Positions 38,639 through 48,102 of a stretch of DNA of 64,000 nucleotides are shown here, piece by piece (the first letter of the stretch is position 1; each line of letters opens with the position of its first letter). This DNA comes from Candidatus Latescibacterota bacterium (GTDB lineage Bacteria > Latescibacterota > CBDEFO01): NCBI GenBank assembly GCA_965248755.1, contig OZ252149.1:1152001-1216000 (forward strand), written 5' to 3'. The notes beneath the pieces were generated by a model. That model worked only from the letters and a program-made list of their open reading frames with translations, did no database searches and was not told where the DNA came from. The translations under genes were made by a program, and so were the position numbers.

Positions 38639-38675
38639 AAAAGGGGCTGCCCGATACGCTTACGGACAGCCCCTT
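38639..38675 (-). terminator. intrinsic terminator after pspA
   Basis: AAGGGGCTG...CAGCCCCTT stem, followed by T-run on minus strand. Confidence 0.6.
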
Positions 38676-38702
38676 AAATCTAATCATCCTAAGCTGACGC
38701 AT

Positions 38703-39371
38703 CTACTTCTTTTTCATCTTTTCCTTCAAAGCGGCAAGCTCATCGTCCGCACTGCCTTCCTGCTCGAGCTTGGCAAACTCGTCATCCAGCGAGTCTTCTC
38801 CTGCAAGCTCAGCGTGAGCCTCGGCTTCGGCCTCGGAAGTTTCGATCTTCTGTTCAAATCTGTCAAAGCTTGCAAAGGCGTCTCCTCCCAGTCCTGAGAC
38901 GCTTTGGGCAAGTGCTTTTTTTGCCTGCGACGCTCTATGCCTGGCTATTAGAGTGCCCTGACGAACACGAGCCTCTTCAAGCTTTGTCTTCAACTGATCC
39001 AGCTGACCTTTTAGTTGCCCGGCTGTATTTCTTGACTCCTCCAAGACAGGCGAAAGATCATCTACCGCCTTCGTCAGCGCATTCTTTCTCTCCAAAGCTT
39101 TTCTGGCGAGGTCATCGCTTCCTTTCTCCACAGCTAACATCGCCTTCCTTTCCCACTCCTCCGCCTGCTTCTTCTTATTTTCGTACTCCCTTTCTAATCT
39201 CTTCGCGTTGGCGATAGCCACTCCCACGGACGCTGTGGACTTATTTACGGCTTCCTCCATCTCTATCACCATCTGCTTGATCATCTTCTCAGGGTCCTCA
39301 GCCCTGTCCAAAAGTGCGTTCATGTTGCCTTTTGTAATGTCAGCTATACGAGAAAACATTCCTTTTCCCAT
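38703..39371 (-). CDS. pspA: PspA/IM30 family protein
   Basis: MFSRIADI...LLDRAEDPEKMIKQ, DDLARKAL, FDRFEQKI, DDELAALK. Confidence 0.95.
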   Translation of the reverse strand: MGKGMFSRIADITKGNMNALLDRAEDPEKMIKQMVIEMEEAVNKSTASVGVAIANAKRLEREYENKKKQAEEWERKAMLAVEKGSDDLARKALERKNALTKAVDDLSPVLEESRNTAGQLKGQLDQLKTKLEEARVRQGTLIARHRASQAKKALAQSVSGLGGDAFASFDRFEQKIETSEAEAEAHAELAGEDSLDDEFAKLEQEGSADDELAALKEKMKKK

Positions 39372-39571
39372 TTTGACTACCTCCTTTTGGTTAGATAACC
39401 CTCATCGAAGCTCTTCCTCTTTCAAAAAGACTTTCATACGTCTTAAAGTTCACGACCTCATTTTATAAGAGTCTTTCCCAGAGTTTCCGAGAGGACGGTA
39501 GATCTATATTTACAAAACCAGTGAAACCAAGGACATTGTGATAATTCCTACAGCACGCATTTAATTCCTCT

Positions 39572-39787
39572 TTACACCTCCCGTTTAGAAATTCCAAGTG
39601 CATCCACAATTTTTGCAGTCTAAATGCAAGTTAAAGTAAAGAACGAATAGCAAGTCTAGCTTATTCCCTGAAGGAAGAATATTCTGGCGAGCAGTCAACG
39701 TTGCATCTTCACTTATCTCAAAGATTCCTTTTAACAGCTCTGGGATGTTGCAAAAATATCTTCAATCTGGGACTCTCGTATATTCAT
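39572..39787 (-). pseudogene. decayed fragment resembling a NucS/PD-(D/E)XK-type nuclease domain
   Basis: With one frameshift near 39745: MNIRESQIEDIFAT-x-PELLKGIF...LTARQNILPSGNKLDLLF; the expected ELK motif is lost. Confidence 0.4.
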
Positions 39788-40052
39788 TCTTCTTGCTTCC
39801 ACTGTAGCGAATGTCAAATAGGACATTGATCTAAAGAAGTTCTGGTGGCATAATAGCGCCCAGAAATGGGGTTCTCGAAAGTAGGTAATCGAAGAACGTA
39901 CAGCCCACAGTCCAAGGTTACATAGCCCCCAAAGGTACCCAGATTCGGAAGTACTCTCCAGTTTTGTATCTCGACATCCCAGCTCAAAATGGTTTACTTG
40001 AGCTCTTTGAAGCATCTTACTCGTTCCTTGCCGCTATCGCTTATCCTTTCCT

Positions 40053-40487
40053 TTAAGACACCGTAGCGTGGATAATGATGGCTATAGCTACGTAAAAAGA
40101 TGCCTCAACGGCACCTGCAGCTACGTTTTGATCCTCCACGATCTCCTTATTGATGCTAAAGGGCGTTATCAGATCCAAAACCTTCCTGCCGACTGCTAAA
40201 GCAACGAGGCCGAACACGAAATATATCACTGAATTGAGCACGTCTCTCCATAAAGAGTCCAGAGTTACTCCGGCTATGGCGGCGTGGGTTATGATCGCCA
40301 AGCCCACGTAGAATCCTCCCGCTGTAACGCCGGCAGCTACGTTGTTTTTCTCCCCTATCTCCTGGCTCATACTGTGGGGGGTAACCAAATCTAAAATCTT
40401 ACGCCCAATTATGAGCGCGACCAAGCCCACGACGAAATAGAGAGCCGCCTCTCTTAACTGACCTAACTGATTGAGTATCGCTTCCAA
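40053..40487 (-). CDS. DUF350 membrane protein (two repeats)
   Basis: LDLVTP...EIGEKNNVAAG and LDLITP...EIVEDQNVAAG. Confidence 0.9.
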   Translation of the reverse strand: MEAILNQLGQLREAALYFVVGLVALIIGRKILDLVTPHSMSQEIGEKNNVAAGVTAGGFYVGLAIITHAAIAGVTLDSLWRDVLNSVIYFVFGLVALAVGRKVLDLITPFSINKEIVEDQNVAAGAVEASFYVAIAIIIHATVS

Positions 40488-40551
40488 TTGCCTTGCCTCC
40501 TTTTTGTGTTCCTGCGCTTGTAGCGCTAAAACGTTGTGAAGTTTTATTGAT

Positions 40552-41721
40552 CTACCGTAACTTGTTGATAATTTCTGCTATCTGTCCCAGGCACAGATAG
40601 CCCAAAAGAACGAAAGCCAAGATCAAGACTACGTTGGACGGGACGCCGTTTTTCAAGTTTTGTCCTATCCATTCCCTCTTATTGTTCATATATAGGAGGG
40701 AACGCCAAAAAGGTCAGATACGCTCTGTACCATATAGATTTTGAACTTACTGTCCTTTCTCTTTCCTCCTGTGAAAGTCCCTTCAAAAGAGCCACATAGT
40801 CTGCAAACATATAAGGCACTCCCTGCCAGACTCCCAGAGCCGAAGTAAAGATAACGCCCCAGAACCCTACAAGGAATATCCAACGTCCCGCTTCGCCTGC
40901 GACGCCTCCAAGAAGCTGTGCCATCTTCAGGACGCCCTCTTTTCCCGATACTTGTATGCCTCCTTTATGGAGCACATCAGACGAGAAGATTATGATCGCC
41001 GCACCGAACAATCCTGTCAGAATATTTGCTGTGGACAGGTCTATGCTTATGGCCTTGATGTATTCGGTCCCGCTCCATCTTTTCTCTCTTAGTCAGTATA
41101 TCCGTAGGACAGAAGAGTCAAGGTTCCACCTACGCCGCCTACGACTCCCAGGAGGAACTTCCCCGATACCTGGGGAACTTTTGGGATCAGGGATTTCCGT
41201 ACGGGCACAGCGCCGGTCCAGACGCAAAGTGCGCTTCCGACTATCGTGACGAACATAACGCCCACAAAGAATTTGATAATGCTCTCAAACCAGATGTACT
41301 CTCCCTTCAGGGCTATGGCAAATGCGGCAAGCGAATGTAGGATAGCGCAGGTATTCAGCGACAATCTAGGAAACATACCATATGCCGCAAGGCCGCAGGC
41401 TGAAATCAAGGCGCCTCCCACTATAAAGGACCAGAGCACAGGGTAGGCCAAAAAGTAGTATTAGACCGGACGCCCCAATTCTTTTGACCCAGCCTTCCAG
41501 GATTGTCGTCTCTGTGGATAACTGCCACCTCGCGAGTCCTTCGGTGAGGGTGTATTCCAAGATGGCTTCGACAACGGCCGCCCACAATTTCACCAGCCGG
41601 TATTTGGCCCCGCTCACAGTTGCAGCCACCATGTCGCCCACGCCCGAAGCCGCAACGGCGATATCAGGTCCTAGTATAGTGATAAAGCTCTTAAATCCTA
41701 TAGCGTTCTTTTTACCCCTTA
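40552..41721 (-). pseudogene. Nramp-family divalent metal transporter pseudogene (several frameshifts, internal deletion)
   Basis: Fragments GVGDMVAATVSGAKY...EGLARWQL, GGVGGTLTLLSYGY, GFWGVIFTSALGVWQGVPY, YMNNKREW across frames; start uncertain. Confidence 0.8.
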
Positions 41722-41841
41722 TGCTCCTGTCCTGTCAAATAGCAAGAATAACATAGTCATACTCTGTTGCAAAGATACTGAATAGCGCCTTGACTCGCCC
41801 GATCTTCTTTTCAGTTCATTCTATGCAAATGGGAGTCCTTA

Positions 41842-43542
41842 CTATATCCCCCGACCTGTTAGGCTCACCGAAGTGAGTCCCTTTTTACGTGCATTGCTAA
41901 AGATCTCAAACGTGCTCTGATACGAGCCAACCGCTTTAGGACGGAAGATCACCTCTATGTCCAGGGATTCCCCCGGTTCCACCCTCGAGGTCTTGGGCAT
42001 GTCCTCCGATAGAGAAAACGGTTTTGGAGGTGAGGTGATCCGGGATATTTCGAGCGTCTCTGTCCCCAGGTTTGATACGGTGATTTTCCTGACTTTGTGT
42101 CTGCCGGCGGAAAGTTCCCCGAAGATCAAAAAGGAAGTCGAAAGACGAATTGAGGCATAGTCCTTGAACGTTAGCCCTCCCTTCGTTGCTTTGGTAAGGC
42201 TAGCCTTACGAAGGTCAAAATCAGCCTGCTTTAGCTGCTGTGCCTCCTCATATCTTCCCGCCTTGAGGAGATTTTCTATGAGAAAGTACCGGAGCACGGA
42301 ATCGGTCGGGTCTACCTTTAGCGCATCCTGAAGTAGTTCGAGAGCTTCGTCGATCTTGCCCAGATTGACCAGCAATCTAGAATAATAAGATGCGAGCTCT
42401 GCCAAATGATCTTCTTTCAGTTCCTCGTAGATCGACGCGAGCTTTGAGACCTTGTCCAGATGGCGCTCGTAGTCCCCTCCGATAGGTATGGACTTTGTAA
42501 TGTTTACTATCCGTTTGTTCGTCTGGCTGAACATTATGTGAGGCAAAATCTCGATTCGTTCTGCCATTCGATGACGTGCAAGGATAGGTTGCATAATGCA
42601 CCCCTTCTGGTCGACATGGATAGCGCCGAAGACGTGCGCAATCTCATGAACAAAGACGTGGGCGTTCATGATCTTCGTCACGAAGACGTTGGTGTGCAGG
42701 CGCGCATAGCCAATAGCCGTTGGTCCGGACCAGTAAGTAGTCGGAGCAGGAGGGCCGAGACTCACCAAGGTAAGATTGACATTCTCTCTGCCCGGAATGC
42801 TCGCAGCCGCTTTGGCTATGCTGGTGATGTCGCCCTCGGGCGGCCGCCATCGCTTAACCCGTTCAACGATGAGTTTCATGCCGAATTCTCGTTCCATAAT
42901 CCGGGAGGCAAGGGCCAATTGGGACATCAAATAGTCCTTCGTACGGCGTCCCTCGCCCCTAAGGCGCTGATCCGACACCACCAGCAACCTGATCTCTATA
43001 GGAGCCTCGTACATCCTGACGGGAAACTCTGCGAAAACCTCATCGAGGTTGCCGTAGGGTCGGATGTTACGGTACCTGGGAGGATCGAAGTAAGGGGCTT
43101 CGAATGTAGCGGACCATTTTCGGATCTCCGTTCCGCTCTTCACATCGAGCAGACGGAGCTCCACCTTTCCTTTGCGATCGTAGTCCTTGAAGTCCTCTAC
43201 TTTTGCCAGAAGCAGGGCGTCAGCACCTAACTCAGCGGCCTTCTCTCGCGCAGGCATCTCTGGTTTTTCCCGATTAAGTATGAATCTTTCTTTTAAGTTG
43301 TACTCATCGAGGTTGTGGAGCGTGTAGTTCTTAACGTTGTCCAGGTATCCCGCCAAGAACTCACTGAAATCTGGGGCAAGTATTTTTCCTTTCTGAACGA
43401 CTGAGCACACACATATCGTCCTGACAGCATCGAGTTCTACCCCTGCCCAAACTGATCCTACGATCACAAATGTGGCTATCTGTCCGACTATCCAGCGCAC
43501 CAGGAGTCCCCGCCACGCGAACAAAGACCGAAAAGTTTCCAT
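41842..43542 (-). CDS. secreted metzincin-type metallopeptidase with TPR and C-terminal ASH/Ig-like domain
   Basis: HEIAHVFGAIH plus Met-turn CIMQP; TPR pair; C-terminal FGEL...ITVSNLG...LEI...VEPGES.DIEV.F.P...G. Confidence 0.78.
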   Translation of the reverse strand: METFRSLFAWRGLLVRWIVGQIATFVIVGSVWAGVELDAVRTICVCSVVQKGKILAPDFSEFLAGYLDNVKNYTLHNLDEYNLKERFILNREKPEMPAREKAAELGADALLLAKVEDFKDYDRKGKVELRLLDVKSGTEIRKWSATFEAPYFDPPRYRNIRPYGNLDEVFAEFPVRMYEAPIEIRLLVVSDQRLRGEGRRTKDYLMSQLALASRIMEREFGMKLIVERVKRWRPPEGDITSIAKAAASIPGRENVNLTLVSLGPPAPTTYWSGPTAIGYARLHTNVFVTKIMNAHVFVHEIAHVFGAIHVDQKGCIMQPILARHRMAERIEILPHIMFSQTNKRIVNITKSIPIGGDYERHLDKVSKLASIYEELKEDHLAELASYYSRLLVNLGKIDEALELLQDALKVDPTDSVLRYFLIENLLKAGRYEEAQQLKQADFDLRKASLTKATKGGLTFKDYASIRLSTSFLIFGELSAGRHKVRKITVSNLGTETLEISRITSPPKPFSLSEDMPKTSRVEPGESLDIEVIFRPKAVGSYQSTFEIFSNARKKGLTSVSLTGRGI

Positions 43543-43565
43543 GATATGCCTCCTTCCGATAGTCG

Positions 43566-44708
43566 CTATTTCAATTTGGAGAAATCACTGATTGCTCGAC
43601 GGGTTACGAGGTCCCAGATGCCGTGGTGGACTGAGCTTGTGTGAATCTTCCAGTCACGCCTTGTGATAAAGAATTCGTTTTCCTTCACCGCACCGACCAG
43701 CTCATCGACATATCTTTTCAGTGTTGCGTGGTCACTCCACACTTTTTTCCCATCGGGCAGCATCTCGATCCTCTCCTCAAGTTCAACGGTAATCTCGTAT
43801 AACATGCCTTCACGTTTTCTCTCCTCATAACTCTTTCTCTTCTTTGAGACCAGGAGTTCGTCTGGATCTCTCTCGGACCTTTCCCTTGTATCTCTGACCC
43901 AGTCCCAAGTCTCGCTCTCCACATGGAGCACAAGCAGATAGTCTGCCATTAGATCCTTCGAATCCGCGATGTTGTAACAAGGCACTATCCGCCTGAACCT
44001 TCTACTCATTGTCATAGACTTGCTCAACTTTTTCGATATGTAGCTGGTGCCGGTCCTTATTGTTTTCTCGCTCCAAGATTTCATCTTTCGCTCAGCTAAG
44101 AACCGATCCGACGCTTGTAAGTGAACTGCGAGCACATAGGCTCCGCGCGGTATCTGTTTTATCTGCTTCCGTGGGAGAGGACGCAGCTTTTTGGCCGCGT
44201 AATAAACCAATGTCCGAGCAAGATTGTTGCCCTTGTTTTCATCTAGATTCACCGCATCCGCCGCCTCACCCAGGATTTCATCCATGAAAGGGTTCTCTCC
44301 CCCTTCAAGGGAGGCCTGCGTCAAGGTCAACAGTTCAGTGACGAAGAGGGAAAAAGTGTCAGCTTCCACTCCTGAGAGGGTTGCTGCCCTTTGCTCAATC
44401 TCCTTTTTCAGGTTCAGGGAATCTGCCTCCACCTTGCTATCGGAGATCACCTTTCCGATAAGCATCGCCAAAGTGGTGCGCGCCCTGTTCTCCGGGAGAT
44501 ATACAGTTCTTGCGGCTTCCATAACTATTTCGTCAAGGGTCACATCCGCACGTTCAGCGAGCTTGGCGTGCAGCCCTTCCAACGCTGACAATGCCAACAA
44601 CGTTTCTTTTGTTGGTACGGTTTCATCCTGCGCGTGACCCAACTCCGAAAAGGTCAAGGTGCCAATAATCACTAATAGTATAAGAATGCTACCAGTTGGG
44701 CATTTCAT
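43566..44708 (-). CDS. hypothetical exported protein
   Basis: 380-aa ORF, signal peptide ending GHA; upstream of the peptidase gene. Confidence 0.7.
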   Translation of the reverse strand: MKCPTGSILILLVIIGTLTFSELGHAQDETVPTKETLLALSALEGLHAKLAERADVTLDEIVMEAARTVYLPENRARTTLAMLIGKVISDSKVEADSLNLKKEIEQRAATLSGVEADTFSLFVTELLTLTQASLEGGENPFMDEILGEAADAVNLDENKGNNLARTLVYYAAKKLRPLPRKQIKQIPRGAYVLAVHLQASDRFLAERKMKSWSEKTIRTGTSYISKKLSKSMTMSRRFRRIVPCYNIADSKDLMADYLLVLHVESETWDWVRDTRERSERDPDELLVSKKRKSYEERKREGMLYEITVELEERIEMLPDGKKVWSDHATLKRYVDELVGAVKENEFFITRRDWKIHTSSVHHGIWDLVTRRAISDFSKLK

Positions 44709-44814
44709 AGCAACTTCCTGTGGATAAGCCGAAGAGGAGAGTTTTAGGCCACTTCCAGCAGGTCGAACTCCCGCAGGGTCTTGGCTTATAGAGAAGCAGG
44801 CCTACATAGTAATG

Positions 44815-45336
44815 CTAATCCAGGCTCCCTGGATATACCTCTATGTCGTAGTCATCTATGGAGCTCCCCACGCTTACTTCGTATTCTTCTCCCCATCTTT
44901 CGACCGACAGGAGATTTTCGTCCTTCCCCTCGAAATCCCAGTATTCCACATCCACTATCCTTGCGTTCCCCGACTCTTCGGTCAAAGTAGCCTTTGCGTG
45001 TCCGTGCTCCTCTAGCTCGAATTCCTCACCCTCGTAGTTAAGAACATCCGGCACAGGCTTGGGAATACGCATCTTTACTTTCTCCCAGAACGTAAGCTCT
45101 AGGCCGTCGTCCTCTTCGACGCCGAGCCACTTGACTTCATCTCCCTCAACGAGCCTGTACCCGAACCACTGGTCGCCTCCCTCGGAATATTTAATGCTCC
45201 CTTTGACTATGAAGTCCTGACCGTAATAGGAGACAACGTCGCCTATTCCCAGATTTTGAACGGTCTTTTTCTCTGATGAAGGCTTGCTCTTTTTCCTCGA
45301 CTTGAATATCGCCTTTGCCCTTCCAAACATGCTCAA
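44815..45336 (-). CDS. DUF4178 family protein
   Basis: LGIGDVVSY, W.GYRL, WLGVEEDD, EYWDF, LSVERW. Confidence 0.85.
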   Translation of the reverse strand: MSMFGRAKAIFKSRKKSKPSSEKKTVQNLGIGDVVSYYGQDFIVKGSIKYSEGGDQWFGYRLVEGDEVKWLGVEEDDGLELTFWEKVKMRIPKPVPDVLNYEGEEFELEEHGHAKATLTEESGNARIVDVEYWDFEGKDENLLSVERWGEEYEVSVGSSIDDYDIEVYPGSLD

Positions 45337-45354
45337 AGCCCTTTTCCCCCTTTC

Positions 45355-46392
45355 TCAAGTCAGACTCGGTCTTTTTTGTGTAAGGACGATCAGGAGATCG
45401 TCCTCCTGAATAATCTCACCAGGTTCGGGATTGGTGATATTTTCCTTTCCCCTCTCTATAGCTATCAACGTAGATTTGTAATTCTTCTTTAAAGACAGGA
45501 GCAGAACTTCCACAGACTGACCTATCATAGAGGGAGATATATCCACTTTAAAGAATGCGTTTCCGTAACTGCCGCACACGAGCTCAGATACCACGTTCGA
45601 GATCCCATGATCCAGAGCGGAGCGGGCCAAAAGCCTTCTGGAAATCTCACCCGTGACTATCACCTCATCTGCCTTTGCTCTTTCGGCGTGCCGAGTGTTC
45701 TCCGCATCCAGAAGCTCTACACAGGTATAGACATCCGGATTCAAAGACTTTACGGTCAAGACGGTCAGTATCGCCTTAGCGTCCCTTGAGTAGACTTCGA
45801 CGTCCTCGTCTGAGAGCACAATAACGGTTTCCGCGTCGGATATTCCCGCCCTTTTTAGAGTATCCTCAGACGTGCTGTCCCCGCTGACAAAGAGCACGCT
45901 CTCCTGATCTATCGGGGGCTTATGTTCCATATCATCTATCAACACTATAGGTGTATCTGCCATCTTTGAATCCATCATAAACTCATCTATGATGTCTCGA
46001 GCCTTTGTGCCCCAGTTGCACAAGATCACTTGTCTCCTGACTGTTACGTTCTTCATGCCTCTGTCTTCCTTTATTTTGCTCTCTAAGAGATTTTCCGTAA
46101 TCACAGAGATAAGCACTCCCAAAAGCCCGATGCCCATGAGCATTACGACTCCGGCTGTGATCCTTCCGCCTAAAGTTACGGGGAACTTATCTCCATAGCC
46201 GACGGTGGTCATCGTCACAAAGAGCCACCAGACGGCGTCCTTATAGTTGGAGAACTGATCGTTTTCCCCCTTTTCAAAGTAGAGTATCCCGAAAGTGCCC
46301 AAGATTAGGATGATAGCCCCGAAGACGATCACCCGTTTGTATCTTAATCTTCTCAGCCGTCGGAAGAATCTTAGTAGGGTCTGTAATATCAT
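45355..46392 (-). CDS. potassium channel with RCK (TrkA-N/C) domains
   Basis: Selectivity filter TMTTVGYGD; cytoplasmic RCK domain. Confidence 0.93.
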   Translation of the reverse strand: MILQTLLRFFRRLRRLRYKRVIVFGAIILILGTFGILYFEKGENDQFSNYKDAVWWLFVTMTTVGYGDKFPVTLGGRITAGVVMLMGIGLLGVLISVITENLLESKIKEDRGMKNVTVRRQVILCNWGTKARDIIDEFMMDSKMADTPIVLIDDMEHKPPIDQESVLFVSGDSTSEDTLKRAGISDAETVIVLSDEDVEVYSRDAKAILTVLTVKSLNPDVYTCVELLDAENTRHAERAKADEVIVTGEISRRLLARSALDHGISNVVSELVCGSYGNAFFKVDISPSMIGQSVEVLLLSLKKNYKSTLIAIERGKENITNPEPGEIIQEDDLLIVLTQKRPSLT

Positions 46393-46399
46393 TATTATA

Positions 46400-47101
46400 T
46401 CACCCTAGAGCGTCGATCGCACCTTCAAGATCACGGGCAATACAGGTGAATATGGGAGTATCCCTTTCTGTGTATCTACTCGATTCTGTCCCTCGAAGTT
46501 CCATCACGAGGTCGAGAAAATTCTCGGGTTTGTTCGTCTCAAACGCCACTACGAACTCCTGATCGTCCAGACCGAATGAATAGGTGGTGTTCAGTAGCAC
46601 AGACGGATACTTGTGACCTATTTGTATATGTTCGTTCATTATGCCCTGGCGTGTCGGCTTAGCCAGGAGATACCATTCTCTGGTCTTGACAAACGGATAC
46701 ACGAAGAGATATTTCCCCTCGCCTGGAGTTAAAGTCAACCTCACACCTTCCTGTCCCTTGTGGGTGTGTTTATCCACGTAGGTCGATTTTTTGGTCATAG
46801 ATAGAAACGAATATGTAGTGTCTAGATATTTTCCCAGGCCGGTTGACAGGAGTTTTGTCGTCATCCCCTGAAACGACTCCAGAGAATATGATATCCGCCA
46901 CAGCATAAGATCGGCATCGGCTCGCATGCCCACAGTAGAATAGCTCAAACATTTAACATCTGATGAGAAATCCTCCACAACGGCCATTAAGTCTCTTTTC
47001 CCCGTTTGCTTTTCGTCAGAAGGTAACGTTCTCCAGGACCTATCTACTTTGTAGAAGGAAAAATTTACAAATTGTCGCTTTTGCTCGTCGGCCATTTTCA
47101 C
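46400..47101 (-). CDS. chdC: coproheme decarboxylase (chlorite dismutase superfamily)
   Basis: YSTVGMRADADL, VYPFVKTREWY, proximal His MNEH, YSFGLDDQEF; Leu rather than Arg at the Cld distal position. Confidence 0.75.
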   Translation of the reverse strand: MKMADEQKRQFVNFSFYKVDRSWRTLPSDEKQTGKRDLMAVVEDFSSDVKCLSYSTVGMRADADLMLWRISYSLESFQGMTTKLLSTGLGKYLDTTYSFLSMTKKSTYVDKHTHKGQEGVRLTLTPGEGKYLFVYPFVKTREWYLLAKPTRQGIMNEHIQIGHKYPSVLLNTTYSFGLDDQEFVVAFETNKPENFLDLVMELRGTESSRYTERDTPIFTCIARDLEGAIDALG

Positions 47102-47196
47102 CTCCGAAGATTTTATCTTTATTTCATATGGAGCTTACGCTCCGGGCCAATGCTTTCCCTGTAAGGAAGGGATTTTCTATGAGACAACCCAGAATT

Positions 47197-47250
47197 GAGA
47201 TTGCTTTGCTCCCCCCCCGATAGATTCAATCGGGGGGAGGTCGCATTGAC
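47197..47250. repeat. composite REP-like element with inverted palindromic core
   Basis: GAGATTGCTTTGCT-CCCCCCCCGATAGATTCAATCGGGGGG-AGGTCGCATTGAC. Confidence 0.75.
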
Positions 47251-47325
47251 GTCGCTTAGCTGGAGTCTGCAGTGATTGTGGGGGATCAATCCCTGAAGCG
47301 AGCTCATTTTCCCTCAATGGGAACG

Positions 47326-48102
47326 TCAAAATCTTTCCACCGTTACGCCCTGTGGAATTTTCATCTGAAAGCTCTTATCGTCCACGCCTCTGTTTACCTT
47401 TCGATGGATAAACTCGATTCTAGCCGTGTTCTGGCGGTGAAATATCTCGATTTGATTGGGAAGCAGAACGCCTCCTGTCTTCTTGTAATTTTTCATTATC
47501 CGTCTGAAGACTAAATTTCCGCTCAGATCATAGACGGACTCCTCCAGTGGAACTCTTCCTTTCTTATCTATCCAGACCCGGCGAATCTTACAGCCCTCGT
47601 CCAGAACGATCAGCCATCTATTGTCCTGCAAATCGAACTCGATGACATTTGCTATATCTTCTTGTTTTAGATTTACTATCCCTAAAAAGGCGAGCCTCGG
47701 ATCGTCCGGTCCGAAGTCCATGCCTGAAAACCGCAAAAATATATCGCCATCTATCTTTCCCTTTACGGCACTTTTGATTTTGGGGAGATAGACCTCCAAA
47801 CTGTCCCCGAAAGCCAGCGCCGTCATGACGTTTACTCCTAACGACCCATTTACCTGTATCTTCATTAAGTCCGGACTCTTAAACGCCACATATGCCCAGA
47901 CCCTGTTCTTTACCCCGTCCACATCCAAGAATACGTTTGCTCTCCCATACAAGTCCCTTAAATCTTGCTTGTTCCTACTGAGAACGGCCATTATATCCTG
48001 GAGAGTTAAATCTCTCATTACACCGCTCTGGGCACATCCACATAGTAGAACGAGCACAACGCCCAAAAGCCTCAAGAGACTCCTATTTTGACAGCCTCTC
48101 AA
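47326..48102 (-). CDS. DUF4292/LolA-LolB-like lipoprotein
   Basis: Lipobox LCGC, beta-rich, C-terminal LP..I.I...KVN...F...IP; follows TPR lipoprotein. Confidence 0.7.
   Translation of the reverse strand: MRGCQNRSLLRLLGVVLVLLCGCAQSGVMRDLTLQDIMAVLSRNKQDLRDLYGRANVFLDVDGVKNRVWAYVAFKSPDLMKIQVNGSLGVNVMTALAFGDSLEVYLPKIKSAVKGKIDGDIFLRFSGMDFGPDDPRLAFLGIVNLKQEDIANVIEFDLQDNRWLIVLDEGCKIRRVWIDKKGRVPLEESVYDLSGNLVFRRIMKNYKKTGGVLLPNQIEIFHRQNTARIEFIHRKVNRGVDDKSFQMKIPQGVTVERF

Noticed and set aside
46400..47101. True chlorite dismutase / perchlorate respiration
   Set aside because: The distal Arg is absent, there is no signal peptide, and no (per)chlorate reductase genes are in the window.
1477..47250. 21-bp palindromes as CRISPR repeats or integron attC sites
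   Set aside because: Copies are dispersed singly, lack regular spacing and RYYYAAC/GTTRRRY ends, and no integrase is present.
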